64,000 bases of DNA from the human T2T-CHM13v2.0 reference genome, Homo sapiens: assembly GCF_009914755.1 (NCBI RefSeq), contig NC_060926.1; one strand, 5' to 3'. Positions 14,333 to 27,127 of the stretch are shown one piece after another (position 1 is the stretch's first letter; each line of letters starts with the position of its first letter). The translations under genes were made by a program, and so were the position numbers. A model generated the notes under the pieces. It was not told the DNA's origin, searched no databases, and saw only the letters and a list, made by a program, of their open reading frames with translations.

Positions 14333-16150
14333 CTGTAGGCAGGAAAATATTGAAGGATGGGGAAAAAGCATAGAGAATTATGTCAGAAGCATATGTAGGG
14401 ATTGTTCTTGCAACAAAAGTGTACAGCAAAACATATCTTAGCAAACCAAAAATACAGGTTAGCAAGCGTTTCATATCAAGCTAATAATAATAAAGAATGC
14501 TTTCAAAATGGCATTTCCTAACCCTCCTCCACGTCTCAGAAGACCTTCTGGTAACTTGCTGTAATTCTTTGCTAAAACTTTTCCCATATCGGTGAGGCAA
14601 ATCTCTAAGGTCACCATTAATTCTACTATCTATTCCTCTGAGACATTCTGTCTGGCGCCGTGGTGTCTATTCAGCGAGGCAAAGATTCTGTACCATTTCT
14701 GTGTTTTCTCTTCAGAAGCAGGTCACTTGGAGAGACTCAACAGTTTGGACAAAAAGTAACAAGGGCAGCATGAATCTAATGGGAGCTAGAGCTCAGAGAA
14801 AAGCTCCAGTCAAGTTAAGCCAAAGCTCAAACTCTCAAGTCCTATTCCGCCTCCTAGAACTTTACACACAGTCCCTTATGCAGTTCTTTAAAGAACTAAG
14901 AAATTTCCCTGCCTTAAGTGGAAGTCTCAACTAAGGGTTTCACATCCATCATTTCCCACCCCTTTGACCTCCACTTCCCAGGGTCTCTGAACAAATAAGA
15001 TACAGATTCTAAATGCTGCAACTTGGAAGGACAAACAGCTTCAGATAATTCTGTTCCAGCTCTTGACTCCTAAAGCCATGGTTAGAGCAGTTACCCTGAA
15101 CTCTAGCACCTGCCAGAAAAAAGTCTTTCTATACATAAGGTTGAGGAATACAGGTGGCCAGGCAGCTTGCCTACAGGAAAAGGATTAGGAGAGCAGCAAA
15201 CTGCTCACAGACACTTGTCAAAGAACCTGACTGAGCAGGAATAAATGAGGGCAAGACAAGAAGGAATGAAAACTGGAATCACCATAGCCATAAACTATAA
15301 AATGTTGATCTGACAAAACATGGCTGGATTAAAAACTTCAGAGTCTGAAAGCAGGATATTACATACTTTTTTCCCTTACAAGAGAATAAATCTTAAAACA
15401 GCAAGAGCAAGGCCAGTGATCAGACAGTTCTAAAGAATATCCATTTCAAATGCTGAGCACATAAACCAGAATATGCAAGAGACTGTGTGACTAGCTGAAA
15501 TGCATCTTTAAAAAGCAATCTGACCACAAGCTGATTCTACTAGGAAACTTTTTGGTATAACCAAAAAAATTAAAGGATCCATGATCATTTATGTTTTTCA
15601 GATATTACACTATAATGATGCAAAAACATATTCCACCACTGCTTCACATCCTCAAAGATTTAGGAAAAACAACATAAAATCAAACAGACAAGATAATAGA
15701 ATAAATGCAAGATTTTCAAACCTCAAACTCTATTACCTATTATTATAATAATATGTCTAGGTTATGCCATCAAAGTCTGTAAAGCAACAGAAGCAACAGA
15801 ATGGAAAAAAGGAAATGCCAGAAAAAAAAACATGGTTAAAAAGAAAAAAAGAAGCCCAATGACATCTGAGAAGTCCAGGGTCATCAAAAGCTCCTTGATA
15901 CTGAAGAGCACAGATAAGAAATACTTGATGCTAATATTTTCTGTAAAGTCCATTTTCACTTATATGTGTGCAGAGGTAAAAGTTTAAGGGGCAAACAATA
16001 ACAATATAAATTTACCCAACATTAACACAATTTTAAAGAGTTTCAAAGATGAATTCATAACCTGATTTGGGGGCAATTTCCTGTTAGGACAGAGAGAAAT
16101 GCAGATGAGTATTTCAAAAAGACTGTGTACATACATACTGTGCCTCTTAC

Positions 16151-16254
16151 CAAAGCATCAGCAACAGCAGCTTCAAGATCTGTACTTGTGCTCAGAACTC
16201 TCATGGCATTCACAGAACCAGGTATTCTTCCTGGCTGGCCAAGCCCAAACCGAT
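16151..16254 (-). CDS. CLASP1: CLASP1 coding exon, DRFGLGQPGRIPGSVNAMRVLSTSTDLEAAVADAL
   Basis: 104 nt, tag|...|gtaaga, phase 1-0. Confidence 0.95.
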
Positions 16255-18249
16255 CTATTTAAAAAACAAAAGCAAAAGATGTGTCACTTTAATTCAAATT
16301 ATTTCAATTCCTTGCAAGGACTACTGCCTCTTCCCACCAAGTAGACAGAAGTACTGAAAAGTCTCTAGCCAATTTTAACTACACTTGACTTGTTTACCAG
16401 TGGTAGAGGTTAAGCTGTTCACATTTAATGCTATAGTGCCACAAAGCACTGTCACTCGAAATTGTTCAAACATGGTATTTTATTATTGAAAAGTTTCTGA
16501 TATGAGAGGGAAGCGGGAACTTATTATAAAAGGTAGCTAGGCTATGAGTTGAGTCTTTTAATCTATTTAGCTTTCCCTGTAGAGGCAAGTGGCCTTGATG
16601 TTTGGTCAAACTAATTAGAAAGCTTCATGGTTTCATAAGAGTTCTAATGCAATGTGTGGTAAAAGCTTAAAATTTGAAACAAATGTATTAAATTGATTTC
16701 TGTGCAAATTTTTATTAGTGTCACTTCTGTTTAACTATTGTTAAGCTCATTTAATTTTAGATACTTGTTCGTCACGATGCCTGTGTCAACAAAAATTACT
16801 TAAAAATCAATTTATTAAAATTATTTAATAATCACTAAAAAAATCTAGCACTTTCACTGAAGAACATTAAAAATTTAGATAATATAAGTTTTACCTGGGT
16901 TCCTCAAATAATTTAGAATGGCAATTTTTATACAGATAAACAAATAATAGAAAGAATCCAAAGAATTTAAAACAAATTTAGTAGTTCAAACAAGTATTTT
17001 AAGCTTACTTGTGATCATGGAAATGAAAACTCACTTTTTAAAGTCCCATTAAATCAGCTGACCAACCTTCCTTAGGAAGTGCTGGAGATTAAAACTATAC
17101 TAGGAGAAAGGCAGTGTAAGTTGTATCTTCATTAAGTGTGTTGTACATTATCTACCAGTAAAAAATTTCTTATTTAAAAGTCCAATGTATAAAAACCTTT
17201 GGAAGAAAAATGTTAAGATAAAATATTTTCTCTGTGTTAACAAATAAGACTTCGTTTGGACAACGAAAATCTCTATGTTAGCTATATTCTGGAAGCATCT
17301 AGAATAAAAGGGAAGCTAATATCTATTTTACATGAATTGATCTTTCCTATAAAACAATGTATTTAAAATTTTAGATATGCAACAAGACAGTGCCTACAAA
17401 ACTGGTGAACTTAAAAAGTGAATTGTTATTTAGCTTTTTAAAAATGTCAATTTCAAAACATTATACCTTCCACCACCACAGAAATGGAGAAAAATTTAAA
17501 CACTGCTAATCAATAGTTATACAGTCATGAATTTTTTAAAAAGAAACAAAAACTGTATGTTATACTATCCCCTTTTTTAATGCATTTGCTGGTCTTTCCA
17601 ACTGTCATCTTAACCATTATGTTTAAAAGGTAATGTGCCATATAAACTAAGAAAGGCCATTAAAAATTACATTTATCTATATCAGTTGAAATATGAAACA
17701 AGTGTAAATGTGAGATTTACTATGCACACATAGTTTTACAGATGATCTTTGTTCAAGTTTTTTTTTTCATTAAAAAAGGGTAGATAGTAGGAGACTTATG
17801 AGTAACAGAATGAAAGTAATTCAATTATAAGCCATTAAAAAATTACCCAGCATAAACTTAAATAAAACGAAGTCTAATAAAATTTAAAAAAAAAAATCTC
17901 ATGCCAGCAATTCTTGCTCCAGGGAATATACAGATTTTTTCAGATACAAAATTAAAACTATAAGAACAATGCAATTATTCTGTGCTTCCAAGATGCATAC
18001 AGCTTTGCCATACAGAGTGACTATAGATCATTTGATATATATCACAGACAATTTGAATTTCAAATCTTAAGGGGAAATGTTTATCTGGATCTAAGCAAAA
18101 CTATAAGCTTTATGTTTTCGCCAGAGCAAAGTCTGTTCCATATTCTCAAGGCTCTGATACTATTATGAAGTCTGATTTTTCCAAGAGATGAATACCTATG
18201 ACTGTGCTCTCAGTCTGGTCCCTAATCTTCAGGGAAATGTACATAATCA

Positions 18250-18580
<331 letters not shown>

Positions 18581-19425
18581 CAAAGGGGGCTTCATTTAGA
18601 AGAAGAAAAGAGAAAATACCAGACTCGGTGAATTGGTAACAATTGTTACCATCAATGGTCTGAAAATTCATAGATTATGCCTTACTCAATTGAGAAAATT
18701 GTAGTCATTAGGGACTGTTAGCATATAAAAATAGTGGCAGTTAAATCTAACAAATTGATGTATTACTGTATGCTTACTTTTTGCCACTGTGGCTAACCAG
18801 TGGATGTTGAGTATTGCTAAACAGAGCTGAGAGAGCAGGTTTGGGGTTTGCAGGCTGCAAAGGATACCTCTGGCCTGACTTGATTACCTGAATCCTGATC
18901 TTGTTTTTCCATAAAACTTTGAGAACAATACACTTATTTTCATACATATGAAATTATGTATGCTATAATTTGCAGCGCTGTTAACTAAATGGTACCTTAA
19001 AAATGTGAACTTGACATCAATAACTAGCATTAATATTTGACAGTTTATTTGGAGTAAAGACTTTGGAAGGGAAAGAATCTGTTGGATGATATCCATGCCC
19101 CCTTGCCCCACAGGAACCCTAAATAATACCTAATTTTGGTTATTTTCCTGGGGACAGAGTGGCAGGAAGGGAATTACTTCCCTGTTGTTTTAACGTAAAT
19201 ATGAACACTGGAGAAACGATGTTGTCAAACAGGCTATGAAGCATCTACAGCCTATTAACAGAACTATAAACATTCAATAACTTAAAAAAATTAAAGCACA
19301 TTGGGGAAAAAATATGAGGTGCAAACATGCCAAGTGCTAGCCGACACAGATGAAAACAAATGTTGACATGGGTGTGAAACTAGAACATATGAAGAAGCCA
19401 AGTCATGCAGTTAGCACTTGTTCAC

Positions 19426-19488
19426 CTGACTGCCCAACAGATTCAGCAGTGGAGAGAGCACTAGTGGACCTGGAATGACGTCGAGAGG
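19426..19488 (-). CDS. CLASP1: CLASP1 alternative 63-nt exon, ASRRHSRSTSALSTAESVGQS
   Basis: ttttacctgcag|...|gtgaac, phase 1-1, open frame; peptide recalled from CLASP isoforms. Confidence 0.83.
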
Positions 19489-20061
19489 CTGCAGGTAAAA
19501 GGAATGGCAACACCCACAGGATTAACACAGAAGTACCAGAGACAGAAAATGCCACAGTCCAGAGGAAATGCAGAGACTGCTACCAACAAGGCCATGTTTT
19601 CTCACGAGAAGAAATGGTGCTGGATATGAATGGACAGCAAGTGCCAATCCCCAAACTTCACAGTGGCCAGCTGGCTCTCACACAGCTATTAAACACACAG
19701 GCACAACAAAGGCGCTCTTAAAGGTGCTCCAAACTAAGTATGCATCAACCAACTCGGACTCCAGGGTTATATTCACGCCATGAAGCCTCTATCAGCCAGT
19801 ATGGACATATGCAACATGAAGAACAGCAGGAGTCACAGAGCACCGTCTACATCCCAGAGCGGAATGGCAGTAAGACGGATTGTTAGCTCACGAGATGTTT
19901 TATCAGTATGTGATGCATATGCAACCATGCACCAAAAACAAGCATAGAAGTTCATAATGTTACTTCAACGGAAATAAAATAAAATCACAGGAAGGGGGTT
20001 CAACAGTTAGAATTCCATTTTCCCCAGTCAAAATGTTTGTTGTTCTGTTGCATGAATATCC

Positions 20062-20364
20062 TAATTATTATTATTACTATTGTTTTGAGACAAGGTCTCA
20101 CTCTGTTGCCCAGGCTGAAGTGCAATGGCACAATAATGGCTCTCTGCAGCCTTGATTCCCCAGGCTCAAGCAGATCCGCCTGCCTCAGCCTCCCAAGTAG
20201 CAGGGACTACAGGGATGTGCCACCACATTCGGCTTTGTTTTTTTTTGTAGAGACGAGGTCTCCCTATGTTGCCTGGCTGGTCTCAAACTTCTGGGCTCAA
20301 GCAATCTTCCCGCCTTAGCCTTCCAAAGTGCCGGGATTACAGGTGTGAGCCGCTACGCCTGGCC
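20062..20364 (-). mobile_element. AluJ
   Basis: Reverse Alu; TSD atatcctaattatta on both sides. Confidence 0.9.
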
Positions 20365-20439
20365 ATATCCTAATTATTAGTACTTGTGTAATCGTTTGAA
20401 TTTAGCTGTATTAAGTTCAATGATCTTCCTTGGAGAGGC

Positions 20440-20660
20440 AGTTACAGTACACTGGTTATGAGTACCAGCTCAGTAATGCAATTGTAAATGCTCGTTGGAT
20501 CACAACTAGCCATAGGACTGACCTTGGGCAAAGTACTAAATCTATCTGTGTCTCAGTATCTTGTTTGTAAAATGGTGCTAATAATGGTTAATGGTACCTA
20601 CCTCTTGGGAGTTACTGAGTGGATTAAAAGAGATTATAAAGCAACTTAAACATTGGTTAG
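20440..20660 (+). mobile_element. MIR
   Basis: tgaccttgggcaa...tctcagtatcttgtttgtaaaatgg core. Confidence 0.7.
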
Positions 20661-23600
20661 TAGTGTTGGGTGGTGCTGGTGGTGGCAGTAACAGTTAAGA
20701 GCAACCTCAAATTTACAATCTGACATTATAGTACCATTTTATTAACAAGTATTCTTAGTGAGCATATTACTTCATCAACCTGAGGGAAATACATGCTAAA
20801 TTCTGTCCTCATGTGGATAGAAAACAACTTTTAGAAATAATTATGAAATAAAGACTTGGTTCAAAACATTAACTTATTGACTACAGTTTCATGCAACATA
20901 CGGCTTTTCGTTAACCTCAGGAAAAACAAAAGATAATATGCTTCCATTCATTACTCTGAAAAATTCACAGTGATTATACCACAGAAAATTTATAGGTTTA
21001 ACAAAATAATACTAAGCAGTGCTACATTTTATCTGTACTACTAGAGTATTCTGTACATGTTAACGCTCTCACATTCAGTCATAAAATATCAATACCTCAA
21101 ATTCTTCAATATAATTTTTAAGGTCCATGTTACTTTATGAAATGTGCATCTCTATGGTACATGTGGTATTAAATAGCAAAGATTACCTGGCAATTTTTAC
21201 CAGCTTGCAAAAAAAGGAAAATATCCCTTTCTCAAGATTCACAAAAATTAAAACTAAATTGGCAAAGAATATTATAAAATTATCACTTTCCCTAAATAAG
21301 GAAGTTGGTAAAATATCTTAAGACTGAAGCAAACTATACATTTTGTACAAGCACATCACTATCTTGATAGTTCAGACTGAAATAGTTTTTAAGCAGTACC
21401 TGATATGTAGGTTCCTTAAAAAGTGGTCCTTTAGTTCAGTTTCAACAGAATATTCTAAAAAAAATCTGTCATGCCATGAGTCCTCTGTCACATTCACAAG
21501 TTAACACCCAACACTGGAATCCAAGGTAGACCCACTTATGTGAAAGCCTAATTTATAGCAGCCCTAGAGCCCTTAATTTCCCTTAATCAAAAATTATCAC
21601 CATAACCATATATATTCATACCATCAAAATGGTCCAAAACAATAAAAATGCAAACTTAAAAATATATATTCACTAGAATATAAGTACTGTCATTCTTTTT
21701 GTTGTTGTTGTTGTTAAAGAGCTGGCTACGTAAGTGGATTCAAAGAAGCACTGACACACAATCTCACTAATTTCCAAAAAGGGTGGGAAGAGATTATTAA
21801 AATGAATGAGCTAAAGAAGGAACCTTCAGAGGATGTGTAGTAAGCTCCCCTGAGGACAACAACCTTCTGGGATATATCTTTGAGTTCCCAGGTCCTAACC
21901 CCAAGCCTGGAAATAAATGACTCAGAAACATCTTCTAACCCCCGACCCCAAGAAGCCTCAGAACAAGCATTTAATATATTTTCGAGAAACAGATGAAAGA
22001 CACTGAATTATCCAAACTACTTCCAAATGAGGCAGGCTTGAAGTCAAACCTGAATTCAAACCCTGGCTCCACCATTTAGCTGCATGATCTTGAGAAAGTG
22101 GCTTATTCTGCCTAAGACTCTGACGATGATAATACCTGTCCCAGAGGATGAACAGGGACCACAAGGCATTATGCCTGCTGACTGCTCCAAACGGTGTGTG
22201 TACACATGAGCAATGCTGTTGTTCTTGCTGGACATAAGTTTTAGGGTTAGGTTTAACCCAAGGTGGGGAAAAGCATGATACAAAAATTTTAGCTCGAAGA
22301 CCTTAACTATTGCCCTGACCACAACAGAAGACGTGCTGATGCTAGAGCCTGTGAGGACCCACGCCTTCTGCCTTGGTAGTGGCAATTACACATTTCAACA
22401 TTCTGGGTTGTCACCAAGACAGCTAAGCAGATCCATTTAATCAAACAATGTACAAAACAGACCAGATTCACTCAACCACTCAGAGTTCAATTAGGATCTC
22501 AAGAATTCAGCACACCTTGCCTGCTCCACATGCCAGATTCCAAAGGATGCTTCCACGGACAGTATCAAAAATAACAGTACATATTTGAAAGGAAAACACT
22601 GAATTGCTTCTAAGAGACAAAATAACCAATAAAGGATTGAATTTTACTCATAAATAGGTTGTTCAGAAGGTCAAATAGTGAGCAAGGATGCAAAGATATA
22701 CAGCCTTAATTTAAAAGGAAAAATCACCAGTTCATTCAGAAAAAAAAAAAAAATCATTGCCACCTCTGATTATTGAGAATTCTGCTGTAATGCTTCAGAC
22801 TGCTGTGGAATAGGTGACATGCAATAGGTAAGGTGCCCCACTCAAGGGCTCATGCTAACAAGGTGGAACACCTCACAACAGGTATTGCCTCGCTAAATCA
22901 CAGGGACCATCTAGCAGGGCTTTGGCATCTGGTTACCTGTTCTTTTTCAGAATTTCATAAAGGACAATGGGTCATAAAGAAATACATCTAGATTTTGATT
23001 ACCGACACTGATTAGGGAAAAAAGATCAGAAGAAGTGAATAACATTAGAAGGGGCTAGGTAGAGGCAAATATTAAGACCTTATGCTTTTGATTTAACATC
23101 CCTCTTTCGTAGTGGCATGTATAGTTTTCAAAAGACCAGTTACATAAATACATAGTTAAAATTAACAGACTGCTGGAGTCCACAGATCCACATAATTTCA
23201 GGTCTACGTCTAAGTATTATAAAATGATTTCTACGTTTATGCTTATCAAGAGGAAAATGGACATCTGTACAGCACTTAACATGGCCAGCAGCCAAAAATA
23301 ATTATTGAAGAATACAAAATATTCCTTTTCACAAAAGTATGTGTTGACAGATGTCTTTTGGGGATCGACAGTTTATACTAACTAAAAAGGGTTTATTATG
23401 TGTCCATTTTAGAGATGGCAGGACTATTAACTCTAAAAAGAAAACTCACTTTACTTTACTAAACATTATCGCTATTGTACTTTTGTTCCTTCTTTGAATT
23501 AAATTACATATAGACTGATCTGTAGTAAAATTAAAGATAAATTGTAAAAATTCAATGACTAAGAATAAACTTTGGATTAACTTTACTTTTAAGCAGCAAC

Positions 23601-23906
23601 TAACTTCGGCTGAGTTTTGCCTTAGGTTAGAAATTACCACACAGATGGGCTTGCCCAAGAGCAAGTGGTCACAATGACAACAGTACAGAGTGAAGTGGTG
23701 TTTTTTTCCTCTAATATATAAAAATTCGAAGTTGCCAAAATTCAAGCATGCAGAGGGGGACAAGGGGTAACTAAGGAAGAGGAAAGAAAGAAGAAAGGAT
23801 CACAAGGACAGTAGAGGAGGAAAAGCAGGTCATTCCGCCTAGCAGTGTCTCGGACAAGCAGGGAAAGGAACTCTTTGCTCCTCAGCCAGCACCTACGTGT
23901 ACTCAC

Positions 23907-24014
23907 CAAGTGGAGGAAAGCCCCGAGCAGGGCTTGTATCTCGGCTGCTCTCACGGCTGGTATCGCGGCTGCACCCCTGACTCATGCTGGGTCGAGGGAT
24001 ACGGCTGCTCCGTG
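23907..24014 (-). CDS. CLASP1: CLASP1 108-nt cassette exon with second SxIP (SRIP) motif
   Basis: ctag|...|gtgagt, phase 1-1; [36 protein letters not shown]. Confidence 0.93.
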
Positions 24015-26535
24015 CTAGCGTGCAGCATGAAGGGTTTCAGAGAAGGTGAACAAGTTTAATGAAGACAGATAAACTCACAAAATGTCAGTCACATTTGGTT
24101 AATGTAATTACGACATTGTTCGCGCTGGGGAGTTCTGATGACTGAGCCACCTATCCATGCTGAGGTCTCACTGACTGACGTGCCAACGGGGGAGGGTTTG
24201 GGTAAAATGTGATTATGCTCAATACCTCAGAAAGCTGTGAATTTCAGTACGAAGGTGAAATTACACCTAAATGTAAGAAGTGAAAAGAAATCTTTCTGAA
24301 CAACAAACTGTCATCAGAAAATACAAGATCAAAAGCCTTTTAGAAACGATCAGTTTTTATGAGCTTAGCAAACTTCTCAACAAGAGGACAAAAAACCAAA
24401 GCTGTATTCATATGCACTTGTTTCTTAGAAAGGTAATTTAATTTGGATTAACAAACAGAATAACCACACTGGTCACTGAAGTCCATGAACTTACCTAATG
24501 ATAAGGAAGAGGGCTCACTGCTCCCAGGCTGGCCATCTTCACCAAGAGAAGCCATAAGAGTTGACACAACCAGAGAGAGAGCCTACCCACTCCAAGTAAG
24601 TGTGTAGATGCTTCAAACATATCCAATTCTCGAAACCAGCAGATATAAAAAGTGGGGACTGTTATCCTTTCCTTTACTGATCCCAACATTTTATCCCTGC
24701 TTTTTCTATGAAAATCTGAAAAGATCTGCCTGTGCTCTACCAAGCACCACCACTGACCCAGTCTTTCACACTGTGTCTAGAGCAAGTAGATCAATACTCT
24801 CAGTATTTGGGGAAAGATCTCTCCACTGACCTGAGAACAGCAAATAACTTTCTGATTATCTACGGCTAAAGTTAATCATTCTCATGTTATAAAACACCGA
24901 GACTACAAGACAGAATTGCATGAATAGCCCAGGGTCTCATAATAACTGGGCTGTGAAGCTTAGAAAAGACCAGGATACCCTTGTTTCTCCATCTGAGAAA
25001 ATGGAAATACATTACTGGGAAAATACTCCAAAACAACCTTGTATACTGAATACATGTAGGTGGAATGCCTAATGTAATAGCTGATGGGGACAATATACGT
25101 TTCCATCCTGAGAGGATGGACTGGAAAAAATGTCAAGACATTTTAGAAACAATCAACTTGAATCACTGATATCAAAACAAGTATGTTTCTATACTGCAAT
25201 GAGCATAGTCTATTGTTTGAGAGCAAAGATTTATTATACAGCCAAAGTATAACAAGAATGTCTTATAAACCAGAACCATAACACTCCCTGATTAAAAAAA
25301 GAATACGAAAGGGAAAACTAAAGCCAACTTTCTATTGTGCTCAGCTGCTCAGTACTAGAGTGGAACTAGACTCTGAAGGCATTTAAGTGATATCCAAATG
25401 CTTACTACTGCTCAGGGAAAAAAAAAAAAGTCAAGCACAGGAACGTAATCTCAACAATCTAGACATAAAGGGCTTTATTGGGGGTTCACCAGAAATTCTT
25501 AAGCTCTCCTTAATTTTGCCAGAGTGATGTGAAAGCACTGAATTTTCACTCAAAGTAGTAGTGACTATTTAGTCAGCAATTCTTGATGACATTCTAAACA
25601 GCTCCTACAATGATGACAAAAGGAGATGCCAAATTAAATGCTTAAAAAACTAGGGAGCGTGTGTACTGGCTCTACCAATACGGACAACTTTCCTAGAATG
25701 TACACAGCAATACCACTCATCCTTAGAGAACCAATGCCAAATCTGAGTCAAAAAATGACCATTCCAGCTCCATGCTATCTCACTGGTCCAGCCACTTGGC
25801 CTCTTTGGGTCTCAAGCCTCCCATTAGGAAAACGAGGAAAAAGAACACGTCCCCTCATTTTAAATGAGAAGGGTACTGTGAGATAATGCACATACATAAG
25901 TATTTCCAAGTCCCTTGCTGAAGAGCACATGTAAAAATTTTGTCGTATTCCACTGCCCACTCCAAAACAAATAATAAAAAAGCTATAAAAGGTCTTGATA
26001 GTTGTTTAAACAAGTTCATGCTTAGTTGAGCATTTTCTTAATAGTTCTTGCCTGATTATTTCTGAATTCTTCCTAGCCCCATCCCCTTCCTTAAATTCAT
26101 ATACATGCTAGAACAACGGGGAAAAAAATGCTCTTTTTCGTCTGAGTCTGTTTTGTGAAGACAATAAAAAGCATTAACAGCAGTAAACAGATATGATCTG
26201 AAATAACAGTATGCATAAATTTCTTAACAAGGTTTACCCCCCTCCGGTATTTCACCCAGAGAGAGTTCATTCACCCATTCGAGCTGATTTTCTCATTTAA
26301 CATATGGCTAGTAGCAGTATAGAGAAAACTAATTGTCCGTTTATGATTTTGTGAAAATATGGCCATAGTTACCCTAAACCTCAAGAGCTTTGGCATCATT
26401 TACTCATCAAAGTAAATCTAGTGGTGACATCCATGGTTCAAATGTTAAATAATTTAAAATACAAGAGAAATACAAACTCACTTATACTACTACTTTGAAA
26501 GACTAATCTAAAAGAAGGATTTAAAATAAGTATAT

Positions 26536-27127
<592 letters not shown>

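Noticed and set aside
14522-14571. Possible exon ttttag|CAAAGA...GAGG|gttagg
   Set aside because: In-frame stop, poor pyrimidine tract and weak donor
26237-26283. Possible exon aatcag|CTCGAATG...GGGG|gtaaac
   Set aside because: Purine-rich acceptor and a stop in the required frame
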